This document shows positions 9,168-19,196 of a DNA stretch of 52,400 nucleotides, piece by piece (position 1 is the stretch's first letter; every line of letters begins with the position of its first letter). The DNA lies in NCBI GenBank assembly GCA_038240835.1, contig JBBRGJ010000003.1, positions 1 through 52,400 on the forward strand, written 5' to 3'. The DNA is from Bacteroidales bacterium. Its GTDB lineage: Bacteria; Bacteroidota; Bacteroidia; Bacteroidales; WCHB1-69. Both the position numbers and the translations under genes were made by a program. The notes under the pieces are model-generated. The model worked only from the letters and a program-made list of their open reading frames with translations. It did no database searches and was not told the DNA's origin.

Positions 9168-10019
9168 ATGGTTATGGAAGTCATAAAATCAATTTTTGAA
9201 TTTGAATTACTAAGGATCAACGATTATTCATTGACCGTGTTTGAAATAGCATTGGAATTTGGAATTTTAACATTTACAGTTTGTGCGTTGTGGCTAATAC
9301 GTAAAATGTTGTTTCGCAAGAACAAGTTTCACAAGCTAGACACGGGGAATACCTATGCGTTATTTCAAATTATTAAATATTTTATATGGATAATTTCAAT
9401 TGCATTAATGCTGGATACCATTGGAATAAAGCTCACCTTTCTTTTAGCGGGTTCAGCGGCATTATTGGTTGGAATTGGGTTGGGATTACAACAAACGTTT
9501 AACGATATATTATCAGGAATCATTCTTTTATCCGAAAGATCCATCAAGGTGGATGACATTTTAGAAATAGATGGCGATGTAGTTAAGATCCAGGAAATTG
9601 GACTAAGAACATCCAGAGGATTAAACCGAGACGATATTTCAATCATCATCCCTAATTCACTAATTACCACCAATAAAGTAATAAACTGGAGTCACCAATC
9701 GATGAGTACCCGTTTCAAAATAAATGTTGGCGTTGCTTATGGAAGTAATGTAGATTTAGTGGTTGAATTACTTGAAAAAAGTGCGTTAGAGCATCCCGAA
9801 GTGCATGAAAAGAAATCAATTGAAGGGAGATTAGTAAATTTTGGCAATTCAGCCATCGAATTTCAGGTAATTTTTTTCAGCGACAATGTCTTTAGAATTG
9901 AAAAAATCAAGAGTGAAATCCGAAAAATCATCAATCGAAAATTTATCGAAAACAACATTACTATTCCATTTCCACAGATGGATTTGCATGTGAAATCGGA
10001 CGATAGAGAAAAATATTAA
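9168..10019 (+). CDS. Small-conductance mechanosensitive channel family protein
   Basis: LVGIGLGLQQTFNDILSG, IGLRTS, IIPNS, GVAYGS and IPFPQMD MscS motifs. Confidence 0.9.
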   Translation: MVMEVIKSIFEFELLRINDYSLTVFEIALEFGILTFTVCALWLIRKMLFRKNKFHKLDTGNTYALFQIIKYFIWIISIALMLDTIGIKLTFLLAGSAALLVGIGLGLQQTFNDILSGIILLSERSIKVDDILEIDGDVVKIQEIGLRTSRGLNRDDISIIIPNSLITTNKVINWSHQSMSTRFKINVGVAYGSNVDLVVELLEKSALEHPEVHEKKSIEGRLVNFGNSAIEFQVIFFSDNVFRIEKIKSEIRKIINRKFIENNITIPFPQMDLHVKSDDREKY

Positions 10020-10271
10020 TGTTACGTTGACGAATAGCATATAATGACTAATATTTTCAAAGATAAAATCCAAATACTACCACAACTACTTATTCACAAA
10101 TCACTGAGCATCTGACTATTATATTTCACCTCACTGGATTACAAAAAAATAACAGAAATTCGTTACCAAAATAACATCAGAAATCACAAACAAGTTGAAC
10201 TTTTTTTTGTTATACTAATGCCTATAGAAATTAAAACAAAATCAAAATTTTTTACTATAAAAAAACAAAAC

Positions 10272-10838
10272 ATGGAAGAAAACACAAGCAAAGAGTCGGT
10301 AGAAGTTGAAAACATCGAAGACAAACCCAAGAAGGAGAATAAATTTGTAAAATTTCTTTTGGCTAACAAGTATTATGTTACGTTGATTGTCATCATCCTA
10401 ATCATTTCTGGGTGGGCTTTGATTAAAATCAGTCTCTTAAACAGTGATTTTAAATCAGAGAAAGAGACCATCATCAAAAACTATGAATTAAAATTGGACA
10501 GTTTGAACATAGACAGAATGAAGTTGACAGCAAAAACATTTTCGTGGGCAATTCGGAGTGAGTTGATGAGAGCCAACAAAGATCAGATTAATCAATATTT
10601 CGAAGAATTTGTCAAAGTAGCTGGTGTTTTAAAACTTCAACTAATCAATTCAGAGAGTTCATTGATAGAGATATCCACAGACAAAAAAGATGAAGGAATT
10701 GCCGTTCCAATGTTACAATCAGTCACAGAGCAGTCTATAGTAACCGATTCAACCGAATTTAAAATCATCACCCCTATTACTGGGTTAAACAAACAAATTG
10801 GTGTTTTTATCGTCACAATGAAACCGTTTCAAAACTAA
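10272..10838 (+). CDS. Single-pass membrane protein with coiled coil and Cache/PDC-like periplasmic domain
   Basis: One TM helix (YYVTLIVIILIISGWALI), helical region, then a beta pattern ending ITPITGLNKQIGVFIV; ATG 10272 preferred over 10218. Confidence 0.6.
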   Translation: MEENTSKESVEVENIEDKPKKENKFVKFLLANKYYVTLIVIILIISGWALIKISLLNSDFKSEKETIIKNYELKLDSLNIDRMKLTAKTFSWAIRSELMRANKDQINQYFEEFVKVAGVLKLQLINSESSLIEISTDKKDEGIAVPMLQSVTEQSIVTDSTEFKIITPITGLNKQIGVFIVTMKPFQN

Positions 10839-10844
10839 CTATTT

Positions 10845-11666
10845 ATGAAAAAGATCACATCAATTATTTTCCTTTTAGCATTTACAACACTTTATGCGCA
10901 GGAGTCATTATTAAATTTCCAAGAAGAAAATATCCTTATCAATGGGGTTTCGGTAAACGTTGGCAAAGTATTACTAACGGGTGATGTAAACCAAGTAACC
11001 AAATCGTGGAGTTCATTTGTCAAAAAACAGATTAAAGAAAAGGTTAGAGAAGATGATGGCGTATTATACGTAAAAGAGACCGTCGTCAATCAAATAACCG
11101 ATAAAAGAGGCGATTTAATGACTTATATCTTTAACAAAGACAATTCTGTCTCCTTTAATGTTGCATACAAACTTGGGTATGATGTATATCTCAACAGTGG
11201 TCAATATCCTGAAGAGTTCAATCGTTTAAAGGATTTCACCAACCATTTTGTGTACAATTATTACAATGAGTTCTTGCCTAAGCACATAAAAAGCAAAAGC
11301 AAAGATTTAAAGAAATTAAAGAAAGAGGTCTCAAAATCTGAAAAAACATCAAAAAAGGCGACAAAGCAGAATAAAAGACTTGACAAAGGGAATATAAAAA
11401 TGGTAAATAAACTAACTAAATCTGACAAAGAACTTGCGGTGACTTCAGAGCCAGTGGCGAAGAACAAACTTTTACTCAAACAAAATGAGTACAATAAAAC
11501 CATTGAGAATAACACCAAAACAATAGCGTACAACCAAGGGCTGATTTCGACCCAAGAATCTATTATCCAAACATTAACTCCAAAAATAGACCAACTATCA
11601 AAAGAGATTAACTCGCTAAATCTGACTTTAATAGAAGTAAAAGCAAAGACAAAAATATACAAATAG
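10845..11666 (+). CDS. Secreted hypothetical protein with long Lys-rich C-terminal coiled coil
   Basis: Signal peptide (...TTLYAQ); heptad-rich C-terminal ~120 aa. Confidence 0.7.
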   Translation: MKKITSIIFLLAFTTLYAQESLLNFQEENILINGVSVNVGKVLLTGDVNQVTKSWSSFVKKQIKEKVREDDGVLYVKETVVNQITDKRGDLMTYIFNKDNSVSFNVAYKLGYDVYLNSGQYPEEFNRLKDFTNHFVYNYYNEFLPKHIKSKSKDLKKLKKEVSKSEKTSKKATKQNKRLDKGNIKMVNKLTKSDKELAVTSEPVAKNKLLLKQNEYNKTIENNTKTIAYNQGLISTQESIIQTLTPKIDQLSKEINSLNLTLIEVKAKTKIYK

Positions 11667-11681
11667 AAATTGGAGGCAAGC

Positions 11682-11900
11682 ATGAAAACAATTAAATTGA
11701 TTTTTGTAATAATATTCATTTCGACCATTATTATCTTCTCGTTTCAGAATATAGAAAGTATGACCATCTCGTTTCTGTTCTGGAGAATTGAAATTCCCGT
11801 ATTTGCATCGGTCATCTCCATTTACATATTGGGTGCAATTTCTGGGGGATTATTGTTTTCGATGATAAAAAGAATGTCTTCAGACAACGACGAGATATAA
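11682..11900 (+). CDS. LapA/DUF1049-family small membrane protein
   Basis: Two TM helices around FSFQNIESMTISFLFW (FxxQN motif); GGAGG upstream of ATG 11682. Confidence 0.75.
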   Translation: MKTIKLIFVIIFISTIIIFSFQNIESMTISFLFWRIEIPVFASVISIYILGAISGGLLFSMIKRMSSDNDEI

Positions 11901-11939
11901 AACAGTCCTTTTAAACAATGACAATTTAAAAAAACACGT

Positions 11940-12212
11940 ATGAAAAAGTTTTTCGAAAAATTGAATTTAACTCCAAAGCAGATCATTTACATTATTCTGC
12001 TCACTCTTCTACTTATTTTTATTGTTCAGAATGTAGACAACATAAAAGTTAGTTTTTTCTACTCTAGCTTTGAACTGCCACTCATTATTATTATTGTAGT
12101 TGCTTTCAGCATCGGTTTTATCACTTCAAAATTCATCCCTAAAAAACAAATAAAGGAGAAAATTGAAGACAAAAACAAAGCAGAAAAAAATGACATAATA
12201 GAAGTTGAATGA
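11940..12212 (+). CDS. LapA/DUF1049-family small membrane protein (second copy)
   Basis: FIVQNVDNIKVSFF..FELPLIIII pattern; two TM helices and a charged tail. Confidence 0.75.
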   Translation: MKKFFEKLNLTPKQIIYIILLTLLLIFIVQNVDNIKVSFFYSSFELPLIIIIVVAFSIGFITSKFIPKKQIKEKIEDKNKAEKNDIIEVE

Positions 12213-12376
12213 TTTTTTTTTCTTAAAAAAATCACTCTTTAAATTCTGGGCATTTTTTACAAAACAGTTCAAAGAGTTTTGAATCAATTGTTACATGGTT
12301 TTTAATTTAGAATGTTGGGGAAAAAAGAGAAAGTTTTTGACTATTAAAGGCAATTGTTTTAAACAGTCAGAGATTG

Positions 12377-12413
12377 ATAATAGGGCGAAAAATCATATTT
12401 TTCGCCCTATTAT
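12377..12413. terminator. Perfect 17-bp inverted repeat, probable terminator
   Basis: ATAATAGGGCGAAAAAT-CAT-ATTTTTCGCCCTATTAT. Confidence 0.55.
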
Positions 12414-12632
12414 TTAATTAAACATATTGATTTTAACATTTTTTACAAGAGCATTGCACTGCCTATTCTTCTAAGAAATATTAAAAAATGAGCATACCCT
12501 AATCCATTTTTTTTTCAAAAAGCATATTGTTATATAAAAAATAATTCCTACCTTAGATTATTGTAAAAATAAAAGCAAGGGAAATATTCTATTAAATTCT
12601 CATTGCAAATGTATTCACGAAACAAAAAATTG

Positions 12633-13661
12633 ATGACTTTAAACATTGTAAAAACGACATTTATTACTGCAATTGCGGTTGCACTTTCGATTACGCCACT
12701 CCTATCATTTTCACAACCTTCTCACAACAAAATTAAGACTACAGATTTAGTTTTAACGAATGATAATACCGAAGATATTATCCTACCAGAAAACTTCTAT
12801 GACAATTGGAATTCCCTGCATGTTGCTATACGCAGATTACCTTATAATGCACTTCCCGAAAACCTTTCTATCAATTTAAAAGAGGGCAATTCCGATTTCG
12901 TATATCCTGTAAAAGGGCAACTATTAGGTCAATTTTGCTATCGCGGAAAAATCGTTCACACAGGCATTGATATTGCCCTAAAAAAGGGAACACCAGTTCA
13001 CTCTTCATTTGACGGAGTAGTCAGAATGGCGAAGTATTACGGAGGATACGGTAAAGTAGTGGTCGTTCGTCACTTAAACGGAATTGAAACGTTATATGGA
13101 CATTTATCAAAAATCAATGTTAAAGTAAACCAAAAAGTTAAAGCGGGTGACATCGTCGGTCTTGGCGGAAGAACCGGAAGAGCGACTGCAAACCATTTAC
13201 ATTTTGAAACTAGATATAATGGAAATGCATTTAATCCAATTATAATGATGGATTTTGCAACTTTTGAGCTTTTATCGGATACAATGATTTTAGATCGTGC
13301 AGATTTTTTACCAAAATTCAAAATCGTCCGTTCAAAGAAATATGGCAAAAAAGCTGTTGAAGTCAACTACGACGAAAATGGCAGACAAATCGCAGCACCC
13401 ATTGCAGTTTCAGAAACAACCAAAAGTGTATCAACAACAGACACACTGTCTGCAACAACTGAAAAACCAGATGATTCATCTATCCCAGTTGTTAAAAAGA
13501 AAACAAAAAATACAAATGCAAAATACGTGGTCGTTAAAAGTGGAGATACATTAGGTCGTATTGCACAAAAAAACGGAACCAACGTAAAAAGACTCACTCA
13601 ACTAAATGGAATTTCTGCTGGCAAAACATTACAAATTGGCAAAAGAATTAGAGTAAGATAA
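12633..13661 (+). CDS. M23 peptidoglycan endopeptidase with C-terminal LysM domain
   Basis: Zn motifs HTGID and HLHFE; LysM YVVVKSGDTLGRIAQKNG; signal peptide. Start uncertain (12603/12609/12633). Confidence 0.9.
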   Translation: MTLNIVKTTFITAIAVALSITPLLSFSQPSHNKIKTTDLVLTNDNTEDIILPENFYDNWNSLHVAIRRLPYNALPENLSINLKEGNSDFVYPVKGQLLGQFCYRGKIVHTGIDIALKKGTPVHSSFDGVVRMAKYYGGYGKVVVVRHLNGIETLYGHLSKINVKVNQKVKAGDIVGLGGRTGRATANHLHFETRYNGNAFNPIIMMDFATFELLSDTMILDRADFLPKFKIVRSKKYGKKAVEVNYDENGRQIAAPIAVSETTKSVSTTDTLSATTEKPDDSSIPVVKKKTKNTNAKYVVVKSGDTLGRIAQKNGTNVKRLTQLNGISAGKTLQIGKRIRVR

Positions 13662-13683
13662 TATTTTCATATTTAGGTTTATG

Positions 13684-13717
13684 AATAAAAAAAGAGGCTA
13701 ATGCCTCTTTTTTTATT
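13684..13717 (+). terminator. Rho-independent terminator
   Basis: AATAAAAAAAGAGGC-TAAT-GCCTCTTTTTTTATT. Confidence 0.8.
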
Positions 13718-13825
13718 TCTCGAAATTACAATGTGTGAAAGATGTAATAAATACTTTTTATTTTGTAATACAATTCCGTTTAAAGAGGCTGAACTTTGCA
13801 TTCTATAAACAAATTACAAAATTAT

Positions 13826-14266
13826 ATGAAAGCAATATTTTACACAATTGCATTTATTTTCCTTTCAACAGGGATGATTAGTTGCAATCAGACTGAGGGG
13901 AACAAGTCTGAAAGTTCAGATACCGCAAAAACAGATCAGAGTCCTGTATCCAAATTGGTAGAGGAGATAAAACCAGATTTAGAATTTGAAAGTGAATTTG
14001 CCCTATTTAAGGCAAAAGTGATGGAACAACTCAAGGAAAACGATCGAAAGATAGACGAGCTCAAAACCAGGCAAAAGAAAGAAAATAAAAAAATTCAGTT
14101 GAAACTGCAAAAGCAAATAGACAAATTTGAAACTGAAAACAATACATTAAAAAACAAAATAGATAAAAGTATAAACATGGATAAAAAAGCTTGGGAGAAT
14201 TTCAAGACCGAATTTAACCAAGACATGGACTCTTTGAATAAGTCCATATCGAACATCTTTGATTAA
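13826..14266 (+). CDS. Coiled-coil lipoprotein of unknown function
   Basis: Lipobox GMISC; helical C-terminus WENFKTEFNQDMDSL. Confidence 0.75.
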   Translation: MKAIFYTIAFIFLSTGMISCNQTEGNKSESSDTAKTDQSPVSKLVEEIKPDLEFESEFALFKAKVMEQLKENDRKIDELKTRQKKENKKIQLKLQKQIDKFETENNTLKNKIDKSINMDKKAWENFKTEFNQDMDSLNKSISNIFD

Positions 14267-14286
14267 GAAATAAAAAAACAAGAAAA

Positions 14287-14715
14287 ATGAAAACAATTAA
14301 AGGATTTTCCTTAGCAAGAAATGTCTTGTTAATAATGGCTGTTGCAACGATGGCATTTACATTTAATTCATGCGCTAAAAAAATTAGGTTTGTAACGTCA
14401 ACGATTACTCCTGCAGCACGAGGAAATGTAACCATTAAAACTGATAAAAATAAAAACAATGTAATCACCCTGAACATTACTTTTCTTTCGGAACCCGAAA
14501 GACTGACTCCTCCGAAAAAGACTTACGTTGCTTGGCTTTTCACCAAAGATGGTGAAACTCAAAATATCGGACGGATTGTAACCTCAAGTGGATTAAAGGT
14601 TTCTTTTCAAACGAAATCATCGTTTAAACCTAAAAAAATATTTATCACTGCCGAAGAAGATGGTGATTTGGTCAGCCCTGCCTCAGATATTATTCTTACA
14701 ACCAAAGAACTTTAG
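14287..14715 (+). CDS. Lipoprotein of unknown function
   Basis: Lipobox FNSC; beta-rich body with PAARG, TYVAW and FITAE. Confidence 0.75.
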   Translation: MKTIKGFSLARNVLLIMAVATMAFTFNSCAKKIRFVTSTITPAARGNVTIKTDKNKNNVITLNITFLSEPERLTPPKKTYVAWLFTKDGETQNIGRIVTSSGLKVSFQTKSSFKPKKIFITAEEDGDLVSPASDIILTTKEL

Positions 14716-14760
14716 ACATACCCGTGCGAGTATTTTCTAAAAGAGAATCTAATATCTGTA

Positions 14761-14800
14761 ACTAAAAAAAGGAGACAATAAATTGTCTCCTTTTTTTAGT
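14761..14800. terminator. Bidirectional terminator between convergent genes
   Basis: Perfect 19-bp stem ACTAAAAAAAGGAGACAAT/ATTGTCTCCTTTTTTTAGT. Confidence 0.85.
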
Positions 14801-14817
14801 TCAAAAATCCGATTTCT

Positions 14818-16314
14818 TTATGGAAGTTGAATTTCTATGTTTTGTAAGAATTCTACTGACTTGTTCATCAACGGATACATTACCACATCGTTTTCGATAA
14901 ATGGAACATGTTGACGATATTCACTTACAAATGCTTCCAAAAATGGAGAAGATGTCAATGGACGGCGGAATTCCAATGCCTGAGCTGCGTTCATCAACTC
15001 AATAGCCAATACACGTTCGGTATTGCACATGATACGGTAGGTTTTAGTAGCCGCATTTGCCCCCATACTCACGTGATCTTCTTGACCTTGTGAGGATTCA
15101 ATTGAATCACTGGAAGAAGGCATCGTTAACATTTTACTCTGACTCACAATTGAAGCAGCGGTGTATTGTGGAATCATAAATCCAGAATTTAAACCAGGAG
15201 CAGCCACTAAGAATGAAGGCAAACCACGTTTACCAGCAATCAATTGGTAGGTTCTACGTTCCGAAATATTTCCAAGTTCGGCCAATGCAATGGCCAAGAA
15301 GTCAAGCACTAATGCCAAAGGTTGTCCATGGAAATTCCCTGCAGAAATCACCAAATCTTCATCTGGAAAAACAGTTGGATTATCGGTCACGGAGTTGATT
15401 TCGGTCTCAACGACAGAAGCTACATAATCGATGGTATCTTTACTTGCACCGTGCACTTGAGGAATGCAACGGAAGGAATATGGATCTTGAACATGCTCTT
15501 TTTTCTGAACAATAATTTGGGAACCATTCAATAAATTATTAAAGTTTTCGGCCGTTTTCAACTGTCCACGATGTGGACGAATTTGATGAATCAACTGATG
15601 AAAAGGTTCAATTCTTCCATCGTATGCTTCCAAAGAAGTAGCTCCAATAATGTCGGCTAGATTAGAAATATTTTGCGCTTTCATTACCATAAAAGTTCCA
15701 TAAGCACTCATAAATTGAGTTCCATTTAGCAATGCCAAACCTTCTTTTGATTTCAAAGTAATCGGACTCCAACCCATTTTTTTATTTACTACGTCCATGT
15801 TGGTGCGTTTTCCTTCAAAATAGACTTCGCCCATTCCCAACAAAGGAAGAGCCATGTGTGCCAAAGGAGCTAAATCGCCCGAAGCACCCAAAGATCCAAG
15901 TTGGTAAACAAGTGGTAAAATATTATGGTTGAAAAGCGCGATTAAACGTTCTACGGTCACCAATTGCACACCCGAATGTCCTAGTGACAACGCATGAATT
16001 TTGAGCAACAACATCAGTTTCACAATTTCCTGAGGAACTTCATCGCCAAGTCCACAAGCGTGCGACATGACCAAGTTTTTTTGCAATGTACTCAGGTCTT
16101 CTGCTGGGATAGAAATATTGCACAATGAGCCAAAACCAGTCGTAATTCCATACACGGGGTGATCCACATCGACCATTTTTTGATCAAGGTAGTTTCTACA
16201 TTTTTCGATTCTCAACGTTGCATCCGCGGAAAGTTCCAACTTGATGTCTTGTGAAATAATGGCTTGTACAATCTCAAAAGAGAGATGTTCGGCCGAAATT
16301 TGATGATTTTTCAT
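14818..16314 (-). CDS. hutH: Histidine ammonia-lyase
   Basis: VYGITTGFG, MIO-forming GASGDLAPL, KEGLALLNGTQ, QDPYSFRC, NFHGQP, QEDHVSMG; likely start ATG 16314. Confidence 0.95.
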   Translation of the reverse strand: MKNHQISAEHLSFEIVQAIISQDIKLELSADATLRIEKCRNYLDQKMVDVDHPVYGITTGFGSLCNISIPAEDLSTLQKNLVMSHACGLGDEVPQEIVKLMLLLKIHALSLGHSGVQLVTVERLIALFNHNILPLVYQLGSLGASGDLAPLAHMALPLLGMGEVYFEGKRTNMDVVNKKMGWSPITLKSKEGLALLNGTQFMSAYGTFMVMKAQNISNLADIIGATSLEAYDGRIEPFHQLIHQIRPHRGQLKTAENFNNLLNGSQIIVQKKEHVQDPYSFRCIPQVHGASKDTIDYVASVVETEINSVTDNPTVFPDEDLVISAGNFHGQPLALVLDFLAIALAELGNISERRTYQLIAGKRGLPSFLVAAPGLNSGFMIPQYTAASIVSQSKMLTMPSSSDSIESSQGQEDHVSMGANAATKTYRIMCNTERVLAIELMNAAQALEFRRPLTSSPFLEAFVSEYRQHVPFIENDVVMYPLMNKSVEFLQNIEIQLP

Positions 16315-16334
16315 TTTTATATATTCTTTTTTCT

Positions 16335-17699
16335 TTAAATATTCACTTTCAAAAAAGAGATCAACTCTTCCTTCTTCACTTTTGATTGTTCGCCCGATTT
16401 CATGTTTTTCACCACAAAAACGTTTTCTATCATTTCGTTTTCGCCACAAATAACCACAAATGGGATATTTTTGTTATCTGCGTATGAAAACTGTTTATTT
16501 AGTTTTGCGTTATCTGGATAAATTTCGCAATTAATTTTACTTTTTCGCAATTGGGATAAATAGGGAATTGCATAAGCCTCCTCTTCTTTTCCAAAATTAC
16601 AAAACAGCACTTTGGTCAACGAGGCCAATTGCTCAGGAAAAAGATTTAGGTCAAGCAACACATCATAAATACGATCGGCACCAAACGAAATTCCCACACC
16701 CGACATGTTTTTGAGACCAAAAATTCCAGTCAGATCATCGTAACGACCACCACCAGAAATACTTCCCATGGCGGCATCCTTGGCTTTCACTTCATAAATA
16801 GCGCCTGTATAATAATTCAATCCTCTCGCCAGAGTAAGATCCAACTCTAAATCGCAATTGATGTTCATTAATTTCACATAATCAAAGACCAGCTCTAATT
16901 CCGAGATTCCCAATTGACCTATTTCATTGTTTTGAAAAACTTTTTTCAGCGATTGGATTTTTTCTTCGTTAGAGCCACTTAATAGAATGATCGGTTGAAT
17001 TTTATCGACCATTTCTGGAGTTAATCCTTTTTCTATCAACTCTTTATTTACGTTATCCAATCCAATTTTATCCAATTTATCGATGGCAACGGTAATATCA
17101 ATAATTTTTTCGGGAGCGCCAATCAATTCAGCAATAGCCGTTAAAATCTTTCGATTGTTAAGTTTGATAACCACATTTATCTTTAACGCTTTAAAAACGT
17201 CGTAAATAATAGCCACCAATTCCGCTTCGTTCACCATCGATTTACTTCCGATGATATCAGCATCACATTGAAAAAATTCACGGTAACGACCTTTTTGAGG
17301 TCGATCGGCACGCCAAACAGGCTGTATTTGGTAACGTTTAAAGGGAAAAGTCAACTCATTTTGATGCATCACTACGTAACGAGCAAAAGGAACCGTAAGA
17401 TCATAACGCAACCCTTTTTCGCAAAAAGCAGTGGTCAACTTTTTAGCATCTTTGCCTTCCATATCTACACCCGACAAAAAATCGCCCGAATTTAATATTT
17501 TAAAAAGCAGTTTATCTCCCTCTTCACCATATTTTCCCATCAAGGTAGACAAATTCTCCATCGAGGGAGTTTCGATAGGCGCATAGCCATACAATTCAAA
17601 TACGGATTTAATCGCAGTAAAAATATAGTTTCTTCGAGACATCTCGAGGGGAGAAAAATCACGAGTCCCCTTTGGTAAAGATGGTTTTGTTGCAGCCAT
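16335..17699 (-). CDS. hisS: Histidine--tRNA ligase
   Basis: [51 protein letters not shown]. Confidence 0.97.
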   Translation of the reverse strand: MAATKPSLPKGTRDFSPLEMSRRNYIFTAIKSVFELYGYAPIETPSMENLSTLMGKYGEEGDKLLFKILNSGDFLSGVDMEGKDAKKLTTAFCEKGLRYDLTVPFARYVVMHQNELTFPFKRYQIQPVWRADRPQKGRYREFFQCDADIIGSKSMVNEAELVAIIYDVFKALKINVVIKLNNRKILTAIAELIGAPEKIIDITVAIDKLDKIGLDNVNKELIEKGLTPEMVDKIQPIILLSGSNEEKIQSLKKVFQNNEIGQLGISELELVFDYVKLMNINCDLELDLTLARGLNYYTGAIYEVKAKDAAMGSISGGGRYDDLTGIFGLKNMSGVGISFGADRIYDVLLDLNLFPEQLASLTKVLFCNFGKEEEAYAIPYLSQLRKSKINCEIYPDNAKLNKQFSYADNKNIPFVVICGENEMIENVFVVKNMKSGEQSKVKKEELISFLKVNI

Positions 17700-17713
17700 T
17701 ATTCTTTTTTGTG

Positions 17714-17721
17714 CAAATTTA
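17714..17721 (-). promoter_or_regulatory. Bacteroidota -7 box (TAAATTTG) for hisS
   Basis: TAnnTTTG on the minus strand about 15 nt upstream of hisS. Confidence 0.5.
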
Positions 17722-17830
17722 CATTATTTTATTCGTTTGTAAAACATTCTTTTGCACCACATTGGGATAATGACAGAAGATAAAAAAAATTTATTTTGTT
17801 AATTCGATTGTTTATTTACTAAAAAAAACA

Positions 17831-17838
17831 TACATTTG
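17831..17838 (+). promoter_or_regulatory. Bacteroidota -7 box (TACATTTG) for the PAS protein gene
   Basis: TAnnTTTG about 35 nt upstream of TTG 17873. Confidence 0.5.
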
Positions 17839-17872
17839 TCAACAATATGTAAATTTAGAAAGGAATTATAAA

Positions 17873-19156
17873 TTGAATGCTACAAACTTATTTTCAAAAT
17901 ATAAACACTTAGAGCAAGAATATACTGTTTTGCTCAACAAGTATTTAGCGATTGAAAAGATGCTCAAACGATATAATTTAGAGCCAAACGATCTATTATC
18001 AGACGAGAAAATACATCAACTTATCAATAAACACAAGAGCAACGATGTATATTGGTTGATGGATTTGACGGGGAAAAGCACTTATGTCTCCTCCTCCATC
18101 ATCAATTTTACAGGCTATAATGAAATAGAGTATTTAGCGCAGACTTTAGAGGAACGTTTTACGTCAGAATCTGCTCAAAAAGGAAAAAATGCGCTTCAAG
18201 TGCATGGCTCAGAATTTAAAAATAGAATAGATAAAAATCCTGAAACATCATTCAGCATCGAATTGGAATACAAATGCAAAGATGGTTCTACAAAGTGGGG
18301 CGAATTAACAATAACTCCCGTATTTGACGAAAATGGCAATTTCCATCAAATCAATGGAGTAACGAAAGATATCTCTGAAAATATAAGAACTAAGGTGAAA
18401 TTATTCGAACAAGAACAACAGTTTACCAATTTATTAGAGAACCTGCCTAACTATATCTTTATTCGAAGTGATAACAAAATTATCTATGCCAATAAAAAAG
18501 GGAGAGAAGCTTTAGGTGTTTTTTCTACAAAAACAGAAATTGATTCAACTATCGATATTTTTTCCAAAATAGCAGAAAAAGACAGATCTCTAACCGCAGA
18601 AATGATCAGAAAGCGTCAAAATAATGAAATTGTAGAAGATTACGAAATTGATGTGCTGGACAAAGATGAAAAGATTCACCACGTAATCGTCAGGGCAACG
18701 AATGTTATTTTTAATGGAACTGACTCTGTTTTATTTATCATAAGCGATATTACAGACAGGGTAATCTATGAAAAAACGATTATAGAAAGTGAAGAAAAAT
18801 TTCGGACACTTGCCGAGCTGTCACCTTATGGAATCATGATCATTCAAGACGACAAGTGGGTCTACACTAATCCTTATACGACTATACTGACAGAATACAC
18901 AAACGAAGAGTTATCCAAAATGCATTTTTTAGATTATATTCACCCGGATTATTATGAATTTGCCAAAGAAAATGCTGCAAAAAGGACAAATAATAAGGAT
19001 TATGCGAGAGAGCATGAAGCCAAAATTATCACAAAATCAGGGAAAGAGAAATGGGTACACACGATTGGTCAATTGATTAATTACAATGATAAAAAAGCGA
19101 CCCTATTATCAGTAACCGATATTACGAATAAGAAAACAGAAGAAGAAACCAAGTAG
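17873..19156 (+). CDS. Triple PAS/PAC domain protein with no output domain
   Basis: Three PAS-PAC repeats ending KDISE, SDITDR and TDITNKK; N-terminal coiled coil; stop a few residues after the last DIT. Confidence 0.85.
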   Translation: MNATNLFSKYKHLEQEYTVLLNKYLAIEKMLKRYNLEPNDLLSDEKIHQLINKHKSNDVYWLMDLTGKSTYVSSSIINFTGYNEIEYLAQTLEERFTSESAQKGKNALQVHGSEFKNRIDKNPETSFSIELEYKCKDGSTKWGELTITPVFDENGNFHQINGVTKDISENIRTKVKLFEQEQQFTNLLENLPNYIFIRSDNKIIYANKKGREALGVFSTKTEIDSTIDIFSKIAEKDRSLTAEMIRKRQNNEIVEDYEIDVLDKDEKIHHVIVRATNVIFNGTDSVLFIISDITDRVIYEKTIIESEEKFRTLAELSPYGIMIIQDDKWVYTNPYTTILTEYTNEELSKMHFLDYIHPDYYEFAKENAAKRTNNKDYAREHEAKIITKSGKEKWVHTIGQLINYNDKKATLLSVTDITNKKTEEETK

Positions 19157-19196
19157 TTTTATTGGCAATGCTCTTAATTAAAGGGGAAACCCCAAA

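Noticed and set aside
10070-10145. Possible fourth heptamer array after mscS
   Set aside because: Only weak ACT/CAC recurrence; I could not keep a 7-nt phase.
16315-16449. 45-aa N-terminal extension of HutH in the ORF track
   Set aside because: Overlaps hisS out of frame; HutH homology begins at ATG 16314.
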